Assembly (NCBI RefSeq): GCF_001194135.2
Contig: NC_068981.1
Span: 4,823,417 to 4,887,416 of the forward strand
Reading direction: 5' to 3'
Origin: Octopus bimaculoides
Lineage: Eukaryota
DNA length: 64,000 nt
Below are positions 1-12,244 of the stretch, in pieces (position 1 is the stretch's first letter; the number at the start of each line of letters is the position of its first letter). The position numbers and the translations under genes were made by a program. The notes under the pieces are model-generated. The model made no database searches, was not told the origin of the DNA, and saw only the letters and a list, made by a program, of their open reading frames with translations.

Positions 1-53
<53 letters not shown>

Positions 54-76
54 CATACATACATACATATATATAC
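1..76. repeat. (AT)n followed by (ATAC)n microsatellite
   Basis: Directly visible. Many further (AT)n, (AC)n and (AG)n tracts occur across the window, often next to N gaps. Confidence 0.95.
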
Positions 77-174
77 ATACACGTAAACATCGAACAATGA
101 GAACGAATGCTCAACACCGCATTAGTGGACAAAGATTCTTTATTTGTATATTAAGGCTACCATTGGTTTTATAC

Positions 175-281
175 TTAAGAATACCTCAACAATTATCAAG
201 TCTGTCACATGGAAACATCGGTAGAGACTAAAACCGATGTTTTCATGTGATAGGCTGGATAATTGTTGAGGTATTCCTTAA
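175..281. mobile_element. 107-bp TTAA-bounded hairpin, MITE-like
   Basis: Arms 175-221 and 234-281 are reverse complements (TTAAG(G)AATACCTCAACAATTATC...TCACATGRAAACATCGG) around a 12-nt loop, with TTAA at both ends. Confidence 0.6.
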
Positions 282-479
282 CATGAAACTAATGATAGCC
301 TTAATACACAAATATATATATATATATGTGTGTGTGTCTGTATACACGCACATACACACAGACATAAAAGTCCCTCGCTGCCACCACCGAAGGGTCGTCG
401 ATATTACAGCGGACCTCATAGATGTTTCGGTCGTTTAAGTATTCAACATCCTCGACTCGACCTATTCAGCAGCTCTTAA

Positions 480-646
480 AGTGTTGCTTACCAACTACAG
501 TAGTTCTTGAGGTTTGTTCAACATGAACCAACTTCGACCACTTTTTACGTCTAACCTCATTCGAGTTCGAATTTATCCTCAAGCAACAAGCCCCACAAAG
601 CCTCTACATCCGACCGCCATAGTCCACAGTTCCTTCACATTTTCTC
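480..646 (-). mobile_element. Decayed C-terminus of an RLE-type (HERO-like) non-LTR element
   Basis: Minus strand reads GENVKELWTMAVGCRGFVG, resembling the EVGCRGF motif at the end of HERO-like ORFs. In-frame stops follow. Confidence 0.4.
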
Positions 647-925
647 CAACCACATGGTTCTGGATTCAGTCCCACAACATGACACCTTGGGAAAGTGTCT
701 TCTACTATAGCCCCGGGTCAACTAAAGCCTTGTGAGTAGATTTGATAGGTGGAAACAGCCCGTCGTGTATACATATATGTGTATGGCTTTGAGTGTGTGT
801 TTGTCACCACCGCTTGACGACCGGCGTTAGTTTGTTTGCGTTCTCATAACATAACGGTTCGGTAGAAGTGGCCGATACAATAGGTACCAGGTGTAAAAAA
901 ATATAAGTCCTGGGGGTGATTCTTT
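647..925 (+). mobile_element. tRNA-derived SINE, family A (5'-truncated)
   Basis: CAACCACATGGTTCTGGATTCAGTCCCAC...CACCTTGGGAAAGTGTCTTCTACTATAGCC...AAAGCCTTGTGAG matches the copies at 43150-43545 and 59113-59521. Confidence 0.8.
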
Positions 926-1018
926 CTTGCTGCATTCTGATCGCAGGCACGTAGTGTCGGAGCTGTGATCTCTCAACGCAGAAGAAGTAGCGACTCGAAT
1001 TGAAGTGACTCTCTGCCT

Positions 1019-1943
1019 TCTGAGGTACCCATCCTATGGAATAACGTTACTCCGCATGTCATTGATACGATACAATAATGGGGAAATATCTATATCTAAC
1101 ATTCTCGGTGATTCCGAGGCGAGTTATCTCGCCTGACCTGTGACATTCAAATGTTCTTTAACACACGGCGTCGAGTAGGGAGCTTTCCTGGATGCTTTCC
1201 CGCAGCAAATTTGGCGTATAAGCAAAACAAATACACTGGGAAACACAATTTTCGTTGAGTTACATCTGACACTTATTTTTGACCTCTGAATCTAAAATGG
1301 CCCCAGTTTTCTGTATCACCTCAACTTTTTGAAATACAAGCTTTGTCCTAAAAACCATAAAAATACCGCACTTAACAAAATTGTGTTTATTTATAGAATG
1401 CTTTAAAAATTTACATACAATGGAAAATAATAAAACATTGTTTGATTGTAATGTTTATGCAAATTTATTTTGTTCATACAAAGGATGTTGTTACTGTGAG
1501 TCAAATTGTGTTCAAGCAGTTAAGATTTAAAAAATGTGCGCTTATAGCTTTTTCTGGAGTGTTCAGTTTGTGGACAATTTCATTTTATGCTCCAGTAGTA
1601 GTCAAACGTCAAATAAACATCCTATCTACCCTGACACCGTTCTTCGATGGCCTTCATGTACAGAGATGGAAATATAATTTGCTTTATGTCAACAAGTGGC
1701 TCACGGAGAATGTTGGGATCACTAAATTTGAGATGAGATCTTGGAGGCCAATTCCGCTTCACCCAATCCCCTTCTCGAGCTTTGTTGTCCTACTTGCACA
1801 GAAAGCAAGGATACTTGGTGTATCTGCGTTTTTGACCCAGAAGGAAGTGTACCATTTTAATGTTAGATATAGATATTTCGCTATTATTGTGTCTTATCAA
1901 TAACATGCGGAGTAACGTTATTCCATAGGATGGGTACCTCAGA
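1019..1943. repeat. 85-bp inverted duplication (1019-1103 vs 1859-1943)
   Basis: TCTGAGGTACCCATCCTATGGAATAACG...TATCTAACATT is present in both orientations with 5 mismatches in 85 nt. The second copy interrupts a transposase frame. Confidence 0.9.
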
Positions 1944-2520
1944 CGATCAAATTGTGCTTGTGATATTGCAACAACTCAATGACTCTTTTTATGCCACCAA
2001 ATGCTTCACGAAGACAAACTGCATGTCCAATTGGGACTGCACCATATAAATTGCGATTGAGGAGGAGGACACGCTTTAAGCTCCATTTTGAGCTATCAAG
2101 AAACAGTCGCCATCCAGTTGAGTTGTAGATCGAAATTCCCAATTCTTCCAGTAAACCCTGCATGCTATGGCAATACACAAACCTACTGTCACTTCGTAAG
2201 TACTGGAGAAGTGCACTTTCTCCTTTTTCTAGCAAGTTTTTCTCATTCAATCTTGGTGTTAAGAATTCTGAAGCCTTTGTTTTTTTACTGTCTCGAATCT
2301 CATACCAAATCATTCAAATCATACTAATCGATTCTCTTACAAGGAGAGTCAATTTTCATTTCCAAAATCTGCATCGTTGCTGTCACTGGGTCGGAGCCAT
2401 TTACAAAAGGCTTCAATTGTCATTTTCACAATTGTGGATTTGGTTTTAAAATGTGGCCACCACAGAGAAAATATCTCCACAATTCAGAATTACCGTGACA
2501 GACTTTATCTTTACAATGAT
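1234..2520 (-). mobile_element. Decayed DNA transposon, CMC/Chapaev3-like transposase remnant
   Basis: Minus-strand frames give RLNEKNLLEKG...WRLFLDSSKWSLKRVLLLNRNLYGAVPIGHAVCLRE...LLQYHKHN, then LKMVHFLLGQKRRYTKYPCFLC...NWPPRS...EPLVD...ERCQGR*...DYYWSIK. A terminus CACTGGG lies at 1234. Stops, frameshifts and an internal deletion are present. The superfamily name comes from recalled motifs. Confidence 0.75.
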
Positions 2521-2554
2521 CTACTGCCTATTACGCTACAATTAGACAATTAGG

Positions 2555-2700
2555 GAGCCTCTACCTAGTCATTATACCTGTTAGAAATAGCAGCGAAACT
2601 TCCTTCAAGTACCAGATAGAGAGACACGTTGATTAACGTGGCCCAGAATTCACTGTGGATCGGAATAAAACGGAATGGTCACGGCTGTAATGTCTTTAAT
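2555..2700 (+). mobile_element. SINE-like repeat, family D
   Basis: TAGAAATAGCAGC...GGAATGGTCACGGCTG core shared with 5260-5425 (+), 8670-8723 (-), 9230-9395 (-) and 57880-58015 (-). Confidence 0.5.
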
Positions 2701-3136
2701 TATATTTCTGCTCGGTAAGGGTTAACTCTAGCTGTAACAACATCAAAATCCGACCATTGTAAATCTTTGATCATATTTGATCAATAAAAAGTCTTCTCTA
2801 GCTTTAGTCATTAATATTATTTCCTAACAGTCGAGTTAATTGCTGCTTTCTGGCTGGTAATGGACCTTAATTTATGCTCTGTGGCTTGAGGGAGTAGTTT
2901 GTTTCTGCGTATAAAGCTTGTCGTTATAGCAACAGTGTAGATGTAAACCTATGAGACAGGTGCCATATTTTCAAGGACGGCTAAAGCTGCCGTCGAAGTA
3001 GTCGCCCCCTAGTGTTCCTTACTAGAGGGCGCCACGTTATGTGTTTGAGATGTTCGAAATATAACGAAGGGAATGTGAAAAAAATAAAGAAAACAAAATA
3101 CAAACAAAATATGAAAATTCCTTAATATTCATTATA

Positions 3137-3264
3137 CAGGGTGTCCACAAAGTCTGGGTACATGGAGATTAACACATACTTTAAGAAATTATTATTTCTT
3201 ATATTTAATTGTTTTATGTTATGATTTTATTTACTCCATGTACCCAAACCTTGCGGACACCCTG
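3137..3264. mobile_element. Tc1/mariner-type MITE, 128 bp
   Basis: TIRs CAGGGTGTCCACAAAGTCTGGGTACATGGAG / CTCCATGTACCCAAACCTTGCGGACACCCTG, with TA on both sides (3135-36, 3265-66). Confidence 0.9.
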
Positions 3265-3283
3265 TATATCTCACAAACGATCA

Positions 3284-3415
3284 ACAGCGTGGCCGTGGTA
3301 AAAAGATTGCTTCGAAACCACATGGTTCCGGGTTTAGTTCCACTGTATGGCACCTTGGGCAAGCGTCTTTTATTCTTGCCTTGTGAGTGGGAACAGAAAC
3401 TGAAAACTATGTCGT
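3284..3415 (+). mobile_element. SINE family A, 5' part
   Basis: tRNA-like head ...AACCACATGGTTCCGGGTTTAGTTCCACTGTATGGCACCTTGGGCAAG followed by (TG)n. Confidence 0.7.
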
Positions 3416-3417
3416 GT

Positions 3418-3453
<36 letters not shown>

Positions 3454-3584
3454 GTCAATTGGTGTTGNNNNNNNNNNTTTCGCTTCACCCATTTACACCC
3501 ACCCTTAATGTTCACACCCACCCTTAATGTTCTGTTCGGAACTAAAATGCTTGAAATCATTGTAAATAATGTATATTGTCTCTA

Positions 3585-3745
3585 TTAGCACGCCGGAGAA
3601 AATGCTTAGCGGTATTTCGTCCGTTTTCACGTTCTGTGTTCTAATTCCGCTGTGGTCGATTTTGGTTTCCATTCTTTTGGCATCGACAAAATAAATACCA
3701 GCTGAACAATGGGGTTCGATGTAATCGACTTAACCCCTACCCCAT
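3585..3745 (+). mobile_element. tRNA-derived SINE, family B
   Basis: TTAGCACGCCGG...ATGCTTAGCGGTATTTCGTC...AATTCCGC...GGTCGA core, as in the copies at 31168, 33868 and 34570. Confidence 0.75.
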
Positions 3746-3784
3746 AATTGCTGGCCTTGTACCAAAATTTGAAACCAACAATGT

Positions 3785-3787
<3 letters not shown>

Positions 3788-3829
<42 letters not shown>

Positions 3830-3846
3830 CTCTCTTCCTTTCACTC

Positions 3847-3877
<31 letters not shown>

Positions 3878-3885
3878 CTCTCCCT

Positions 3886-3972
<87 letters not shown>

Positions 3973-3985
3973 TCTCTCTCACTCT
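3788..3985. repeat. (CT)n microsatellite, ~200 bp
   Basis: Directly visible polypyrimidine dinucleotide tract. Confidence 0.95.
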
Positions 3986-4160
3986 CCGTTCCTTTATTAT
4001 TTATTGTATGAGAGTCGGCTTATTTTTCGAGAAATCCTTCCTATTAAGATTGTTTACAACATAATCAGTTTATGACACGTTCATAGAAGCGTGTCAGTAT
4101 CTTTATTATTTCATGTGTAAGCTTTTTGCGGTTACTTTATCGACTTCGTCATTAAAGTTC

Positions 4161-4378
4161 TGTAGCAGTGATTCGATACCAAACCGCTTGGTAACCGGTG
4201 ATACATCACGATCAAACCACAGTACTTTCACGTGACCGGGTCACTAAGTAACCAATCAGTATGAAGTTATCGCGTGATTCAATCTTCTAGAATTTTCATG
4301 TGCCCTATAAAAAAAACCGCTTTTGACAGTAATTGTAGTATGTTGAGGCAGCGGCGCATTGTCTCCACACTCGTCACA
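4161..4378 (+). mobile_element. Internally deleted solo-LTR-like repeat (same family as 41206-41851)
   Basis: Starts TGTAGCAGTGATTCGATACC and ends ACACTCGTCACA. It shares CAAACCACAGTA...TCTTCTAGAA...CCCTATA with the 41.2-kb copy and carries CCAAT (4252) and TATAAA (4306). No TSD is retained. Confidence 0.55.
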
Positions 4379-5654
4379 GCCAGGTGATTAAGAGAGATGG
4401 TAGGAATCTCCGTCACCTGGAATGTTGCACACTTGCTCCCAGTTATGATAGAGAAGGAGGCGTTGGGAAGAAGGCAGTGGATTGGGGGACGCTATGAATT
4501 TATTATAATATTATTATAGTATTGTATACAAATTATATAATATTATATTAAATATCAAATGATTCGTAGTATATATAAATTAGTAAAATATAAAATATTT
4601 ATTTCTATATAGAAATAGGGATGGGGCGCTGAGGGTATTATGTGGCCATGAGGGGGCAGTGGTCCAAAAAGTTTAAGTACCTCTGATCTAGATCATGTTG
4701 TCCAGATTATACGATTCTAGAAATACCAAGGGTTGGCCAAGTGCTGGATCTCTCCTGGCCTAAGGCAGAACAACAACAACAAGCAAACACCAACAACAAT
4801 ACCAAGGGTAACACAGCAAATTGAATCCTAAATATGGTCCCACGATGAGTGGAGTTCTCTTGGCACCATACCATAAGGGTAAACCATCAGCTAGCAGACT
4901 TCCAAATCCAGATTGTATGAAAACGTTTCACTTGAATTGCAATGTTAATACCTTTTGGAAAAGCATGAACCACACAGCATCATATATATCTTTTCATGCA
5001 CACACCTTAAAGTAGACCTCTGAAATCACATTTACTGCAGTTTATAATATTTGTTTGGGAAAGACATGAACCCACAGCCTCCATTTCTGATTCTTGAATT
5101 TCTTCAAACTGTGCAAGAAAGCTAAGTTTTCGGAGTGTCAACTTCTCGGATCTGAGATCAATCCCTGGTTGGAGCTATTTCCTTTTCACTAAGATCACCA
5201 AAACTGTAGTGAACAGTATGAATGTCACAACTACCCATTTCTCCTGAGGAATTAGTCACAACGTGACTGCTAGAAATAGCAGTCAAATCTCCCTCTGACA
5301 ATACATTAACGTCATCTTAAAAGACACATTGAATGCTCTTGTTTGAGGACACGCTATTCCAGAAGAAAAATCCGGTTTGGTTATGATTAGAATGGTCTCT
5401 GATGAGGACTGGCCTAGGGCTAAAATGCTCATTTCTCTTCTGCAAGCTTTATGTGTCTAGACGAAAAAAAATGAAAGAGGTTATTAGGGTACCCGTGAAC
5501 TTTGAGTTAATACAGCCTTCAGTACAGGACATCTTGTGATTTGGAGATGGGAACATCATTGTTCTGAGTTCAAATTCCTTCAATGCCGTCTTTTTTCCTT
5601 TTTCCTTTCTTTTTATTCTGGAGATGACCTTGTGGCTGGTCCAAAAATAGCTAT

Positions 5655-5669
5655 TAACTACTACTGCTG

Positions 5670-5711
<42 letters not shown>

Positions 5712-5975
5712 TTCCTGCTGTTGGTGTTCTCGCTACCGCAACTACAACGGCGGGGTTTTTTGCTGCTATGACAACAACTACTACTATTACTACTACTACT
5801 ACTACTGATGATGATGATGATGATGATGTAGCTGCTGCTGCTCTTGCGGCTGCCGGTGTTATTGCTTCTGTTACTGTTGCTGCAACAACGCCTCCGCCTC
5901 TCTCTTTTTTTTTTTTTCCTTCTCCTCCCACCATTACTACCACCATCACCACCACTACTATCACTACTACCACCA
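5655..5975. repeat. Compound trinucleotide microsatellite (CTA)n/(GAT)n/(CTG)n/(CAC)n
   Basis: Directly visible. It explains the overlapping low-complexity ORFs here. Confidence 0.9.
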
Positions 5976-6589
5976 TTAGCTCCCCCCCCCTTTTCAATGC
6001 CATTCACAAACACGACGAATGGTTCATAACCACTGAGTTAATCTGTTCTTGTTCATATGTAAAGAAGTTTGATTAGGGATGTCATCGTTTTTAACCTCTC
6101 ATTGGAATTTTGATGTAATGGCNNNNNNNNNNNNNNNNNNNNNNNNNNNNNNNNNNNNNNNNNNNNNNNNNNNNNNNNNNNNNNNNNNNNNNNNNNNNNN
6201 NNNNNNNNNNNNNNNNNNNNNNNNNNNNNNNNNNNNNNNNNNNNNNNNNNNNNNNNNNNNNNNNNNNNNNNNNNNNNNNNNNNNNNNNNNNNNNNNNNNN
6301 NNNNNNNNNNNNNNNNNNNNNNNNNNNNNNNNNNNNNNNNNNNNNNNNNNNNNNNNNNNNNNNNNNNNNNNNNNNNNNNNNNNNNNNNNNNNNNNNNNNN
6401 NNNNNNNNNNNNNNNNNNNNNNNNNNNNNNNNNNNNNNNNNNNNNNNNNNNNNNNNNNNNNNNNNNNNNNNNNNNNNNNNNNNNNNNNNNNNNNNNNNNN
6501 NNNNNNNNNNNNNNNNNNNNNNNNNNNNNNNNNNNNNNNNNNNNNNNNNNNNNNNNNNNNNNNNNNNNNNNNNNNNNNNNNNNNNNNNN

Positions 6590-6675
<86 letters not shown>

Positions 6676-6964
6676 TTAGTATATTGTTCCGTGATGGTAA
6701 AACACACGCATATGTGTGTGTGTGTGTGTACGTACACACATATACACAGACAAAATATGTTGAACCATATCTCTTAAAACAAGGGGAAAGCACACGACCA
6801 TATTATATATGTATAAGCTGGTAGAGCGCTATATCGTTTAATACACGAACAGACGTTGGATAAAGTCTCGAAGATCAGATCAACTTAAGGTGATGGCTAT
6901 ATTTTTGAAGCCATCTTACAAACAAAGCTGTTATTTCATTGTTTGGCGAAAGGAATATTTTATC

Positions 6965-7272
6965 ATTATCATTACTACTACTATCATTATTATTATTAGT
7001 AGTAGTAGTAGTTGTAGTAGTAGTAGTAGTAGTAGTAGCAGCAGCAGTAGCAGTTATAGTGGTAGTAGTAGCAGCAGCAACGCCGCAGAGATGGTGGTGC
7101 TTATAGCATGATGGCGACGTTATTAATATAAAGTGGTAGTAGTAGTTGTTGTTGTAGAGTGTGGGTGGTGGTGGTGGTGGCAACGGGGATTGTTCAGCGG
7201 TGACGCGGGTGATGTAGTGTAGTAGCAGTAGCAGCAGCAGCGACGGTGACGTGGGTGGCAATGGTAGTGGCG

Positions 7273-7314
<42 letters not shown>

Positions 7315-7400
7315 ACGAGACGGATGTGCTTATAATAGAAGTGATGTTACCACCGTTCAATATAAGATGATTGTTATTATTAATAGTGATAATAATAATA
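6965..7400. repeat. Compound trinucleotide microsatellite (AGT)n/(AGC)n/(GGT)n
   Basis: Directly visible. Confidence 0.9.
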
Positions 7401-9229
7401 GCATTGCTAGCTTGTGCAAGCAATGATTGCTTTACAACTGTTGCTGTTGCAATGATTGTTGTTTTAATTCCGTACCAGTGTCGTAATATCTATGACAAAG
7501 CTAAATAATTTCGGCCAAGTTATCGTTCTTGGTTTGTTATTTGTCCGAGCAAGACGTACCGTGTGTGTAGCCATTGCAATCTCTTTCAGATTGTGATACG
7601 AGTTTATTTCATTGATGTTCACTTGAAACTTTTTATAAATTGTTTGGTTGGAAGACGGTTGCAGTTTTGGGAAATCTCTATGTCGAAGGAGTTTTTAGTG
7701 AAAAACTTAAGGGTTGGGTAACTGTACAAAAGAAGAGAGACGGGTGTGTTAGAAAAACTGGGATGGACGTTGGTATGCAGCTTGTTCGGGGAAGAAGCCA
7801 TTGAAATAAGAGTAGAAAAATAGGCAGTATTCAGTATGGCGACAAGATTTTAAAACCAGTCAGATGACCTGTGTTTTCGTGGTTATTTTGAATGTTGAAG
7901 GTCCACTCTTAAGGTGTATGCTTGTGCTTTGTGCCAGATCAGCAACGGTTTGAAGAGAAAGCCTTGCTCTTGAAGGAATTATAATAGTGCCAATCAGATA
8001 GGTTAACCAAATGATAATGGAAACGACGGTGCAATTATCGAATTAGAAAATACAAATTTAACACCATTTACTTATTCTTGGTGCATTTCAGACGCATTGC
8101 TAAAAATCCTCTCAAAAGTCAAACTCGAAATAAAATTATTTTTTCTCTTTTGACTAAACGTAAAAAGATGATTCCTCTCAGTTGCGTAATGTGGGTTTCG
8201 GCTGCCGTGTGCAATGGCCAAACTGGTCGCCTTTTTTCCTCAAACCTAACATACCTTCGACTACAGCAAACCCTCGTGTGTATAGTAGCTACTCCACTCT
8301 ACGCCAATCCTTCCTCTCCAGACAGCTAAAACACTGCGCCATTAAAGTCTATTAGTCCAAACTCATCACCACTATTACAGACGTTAAATTCTCCTTTTGT
8401 CTAATCTACAGAGGAAACCATCGAGTATTCCTTTCAAGAATTTCCTTTCTCTAGACACAGACGACATCTTATGCGCTAACTTCGTTCAAATATATTTGAC
8501 ACTGAATTAAAATGGTCGAATGTAATGTAACCAGTGAAGCTGTCATAAGAACACAAGTCATATGCTGATGCTGTTGTTGTTGTTGTTGTGGTGGTGGTGG
8601 TGGTGGTGGTGGTAGTAGCTGTTGTTGTGATAATGGTGGTGGTGGTGGTGGTGGTGGTGGTGGTGATGGAGATATCTTATCCCCCAGGTCAACTTTGTTC
8701 AAGCAGACATGATCAAAGGCATTNNNNNNNNNNNNNNNNNNNNNNNNNNNNNNNNNNNNNNNNNNNNNNNNNNNNNNNNNNNNNNNNNNNNNNNNNNNNN
8801 NNNNNNNNNNNNNNNNNNNNNNNNNNNNNNNNNNNNNNNNNNNNNNNNNNNNNNNNNNNNNNNGAGAGAGAGAGAGAGAGTGAATGTGTGTGTGTGTGTG
8901 TATGTGTGTATGTATGTATGTGTGTGAGTGCATATGCGTGTGTGTATGTATATTCTAAACACACGTGTGCATGTATATATATATATATATCCGTGTGTAT
9001 GTTTATAGGCTGCATTGTGTAACATTGTGCTCTACCATTAAGGCAGTAGAGTCCATAGGTGCTATATAACGGGTTGAGCGACCACGTTTTCTCGTGTGTT
9101 ACCTGTAAGTGAAAATATCTATGGTCAAGACGGTAAGGTGCTGAATAACTAACCATTGGGCCATTGGATCAATATTGTCACTAGCGCCGTGTCTGTGGCA
9201 GAGACTGGATTCATTTAGCTGTTTGTCGT

Positions 9230-9395
9230 AATAGTTTAGCCCTGAGTCAGTCCTGACAGAGCACACCAATAATCAAAACTATTTCAGCCTTGATCAGTCT
9301 GTCCCTCTCTCCAACATTATCCAATATCTTACTTCCTTTTTGAGGAAGATTTAGCTGTCGTTTCTAGCAGTTTGAGTGACCCTATAGTGCCTCCA
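9230..9395 (-). mobile_element. SINE-like repeat, family D
   Basis: GTTTAGCCCTGAGTCAGTCCTGA...GATTTAGCTGTCGTTTCTAGCAG is the reverse of the family D core and tail. Confidence 0.5.
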
Positions 9396-9686
9396 TCAGT
9401 TTATTCCGTGAGTGGTATGAATACCTTTTGTAGGTGACCAATACGTTGTGGAACAAACATTTGATTCGTTGGCTTACTGTTATTTTGTCCCATTGGGAAA
9501 GTATATCAGCGAAACACTATAGTCCTTTCCAGGGGATGGTTCATCTCTCATCCTCTTAACGCTAAGGAAATGGAAGTAACCATCAGTTTTAACTTTTCTT
9601 AAGCAGTGTCTATTCTGTTGCAAGCATAAAGCACTACAAAAACGGGAAAGAAGAGGCCTATAAACTCAATAGGTGTTGATTGACAG

Positions 9687-9844
9687 CATGGGCGGTCTGA
9701 GAATATTAAGGACCCTCGGGCATAACTGTTTACCGGGCCCCTTTGAATGTGTGTTTTAGTAGAGTTAACATGTAGAGTGCGGGTCCCACAGAGCTCCGGG
9801 CCCTCGGGCAGTGGCCGATTGACCAACGGCTCAGTCCGCCCCTG
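9687..9844. mobile_element. hAT-type MITE, 158 bp
   Basis: TIRs CATGGGCGGTCTGAG / CTCAGTCCGCCCCTG with a perfect 8-bp TSD ATTGACAG (9679-86, 9845-52). Confidence 0.92.
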
Positions 9845-10717
9845 ATTGACAGAAAGCTTAAAGAACTGGATATCACAAACCAGAGCAAAACAAAAGGATT
9901 ATAATGAGTTCTAGAAAGTAACAGTTCGAGGAAAGAAGCTATTAGAATAAAAGGATTTATGACTAACAGGAAGCTTAGAGAAACGCTGCGCCTGGAAAGA
10001 GAAGAGGTCGACATGCTTAAAAGTCTTGAGAGAGGGCACCAAACCAGAAAGTTCATCAGAGCAATAACCATGGAAATGCCTGCAGAAAAGACACAATGAA
10101 AATTTGAGGTTTGAAGACGTATTCTTTTCTCCCTTCTATAAGTTTTTGGAGGTCCTGTAGAGAGTCATGAGTATCTGATTAAAAGATGAAATAAAAGTCA
10201 ATAGTTCTTGAGTTCAAGCATCAATCTCGCCAATCTTGAACGGCCTGAGAAGGCTATGGGCTCAGCTCCTTCTTCGAGGTCCATCAAGTAAAAGGGAAAA
10301 AAAGACAAGCCCAACCAATTTTAATATTTCCCCACTTCATTGTTGTTGAGTCCATCAAAGAAAAAAACTGCAGCCGGTCATTGCATTTTATTTAACTTAC
10401 GTCCTAAATACGTTGCTTTGATTCAATACTTTTGATTGGTTCAGCATTTTTTTTTCATCTTATACTATGATTGTCTCACACTTTTTAACATCATAAGAAA
10501 ATAGAGAAAGAAATCATGGTTTTTAGATTAATTTTCTCTGTATTTCTGACGAGGGATTGCTATTTATACTTTGATATATTCAAATTAGTGTCTTCATCTT
10601 GGTTGTTAAAATCACATCATTTCCCCGTCCTTCTTCAGTTTTCTGCTGTACTTAGTAATGTGCTCAGAACTTGGAACCAAAGTCTTTATTGGTTTCAAAT
10701 TTTGGCACAATAACAGC

Positions 10718-10890
10718 AATTTCAGGGGTGCGTGGTAAATTGATTACATTGACCCCAATGATCAACTGGTACTTATTTTATCAACTCGGAAAAGATGAAA
10801 GACAAAGTAGACTTCGGTGCAATTTGAACGCAGAATGCAAAGACTAACGAAACGCCGCTGAGCATTTTGCCCAGCGTGCTTGCCGCCTTA
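10718..10890 (-). mobile_element. SINE family B
   Basis: ACTGGTACTTATTTTATC...GATGAAAGACAAAGTAGAC...AATTTGAAC...AGCATTTTGCCCAGCGTGC is the reverse of the family B consensus. CpGs are retained. Confidence 0.8.
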
Positions 10891-11449
10891 ACCAAAGCCT
10901 TTACTAAGTCCCTATTGGAGGCTTTTATCCCCAACAGGAACATTCTCCTAACTAGTTATCCCCTACTTACAACGTCTCTAGTTTGCTACTATCCAACCAA
11001 CGTTGGATAGAATGCCCCTTGGAATTCGTCGCAACGCTACGTTTTGAGTTCAAATCACGTTGAGGTCATCTTTGCTTTCCATCGTTTCAGGGTCGATAAA
11101 AACAGTATCAATCCAAGATGGTGGATTAGCGGAACTGTTTGAAGATTGGACAAGATGTCTTATGGTGTTTGTTCCAGCCCTTTGTGTTCTGACAGCAACA
11201 CCTGCTACGACACTTGGCATGGTTTAACTCTTGAATGAACGTAGGTGGCGAAGAGGGGAGAAGATTTTCATGCATGGCCGGCCAACTGCCAGTCTTCCTG
11301 AAAAATCTTGCACTAGCATAAGTATATCTGTGGATATACGATTATCGACAAAAGCCCTACCACACATACACACGCACACACAAATATGCGCGCGTGTGTG
11401 CACGCATATTCGACTCTCTATATCTCTCCATTCGATTATCCGTGCGTGA

Positions 11450-11662
11450 GAGAGTTAGGTTTCTGTAAGAAATAAGTTGCATGGGGCCAAATCAAACTGT
11501 TTTTAAGAACACTTACAAAAACCAGCATTGCTTGGAACTAAAAGAATTCTTCGCAGGGTTCTTGAAGCATGACCAGTAAAACAAGTGTCACCTTAGTCTG
11601 CTGGCTGTGGACAGCCGATGCTTTCCATCATATCCAGCAAAATAAGCTGAGAGTTTTTGTCA

Positions 11663-11695
<33 letters not shown>
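11450..11695 (+). mobile_element. 3' end of an R4/Dong-like non-LTR element with (TAA)n tail
   Basis: Frame reads LQKPALLGTKRILRRVLEA*, the typical LQKxALLGTxRILRxVL end of R4-clade ORFs. A short 3' UTR and (AAT)11 follow. Confidence 0.6.
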
Positions 11696-12207
11696 TATTA
11701 TTATTATTATTATTATGAAGACCCCTACGCATGCAAGACTCCAGGAGCTCCAATAAAACCTGTGATAAAGAGAAAATGATAAGACTTACTGATTCCTTTC
11801 TTTTTAACGACGGAAAGCTGTGATCTGAGGGAGATTTGGTTGCTATTTGTAATAGGTCGAACNNNNNNNNNNNNNNNNNNNNNNNNNNNNNNNNNNNNNN
11901 NNNNNNNNNNNNNNNNNNNNNNNNNNNNNNNNNNNNNNNNNNNNNNNNNNNNNNNNNNNNNNNNNNNNNNNNNNNNNNNNNNNNNNNNNNNNNNNNNNNN
12001 NNNNGTATCCCTCCATCCTTCCCTCTCTTTCCCTTCTCCCCCTCTCTTTCTCTCTCTCTCCAGTTGTTACATTCTTGATATTCCACTAAGTCATGGGTGG
12101 GAGAGTCAAGAAAACGTCCATGCTTGCTTGCGACTATATTGGGGCCTAAAACGATTAAAAAATGCGTGGCACAAGCTCCCGAGTCACACTCAGCGAGCGA
12201 CCAAGTT

Positions 12208-12244
<37 letters not shown>

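Noticed and set aside
421-469. Hammerhead-like CTGAATA-GGTCG...CGACC-GAAAC on the minus strand
   Set aside because: The conserved G8 is missing, there is no NUH with a pairing stem III and no stem I partner; it is more likely a LINE 3' UTR remnant.
7560-8460. Possible LINE endonuclease or RT remnant
   Set aside because: I could not recover any diagnostic motif in the frames I examined; left unannotated.
5449-9156. Many 60-250-aa ORFs rich in S/T/V/Y/I (also at 3627-4011, 13946-14286, 51436-51966, 63724-63994 and others)
   Set aside because: They are translations of microsatellites or run through N gaps; no coding signal.
9600-10100. Purine-rich, coding-like sequence flanking the hAT MITE
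   Set aside because: Multiple stops and no recognisable domain; possibly an old LINE ORF1, but unsupported.
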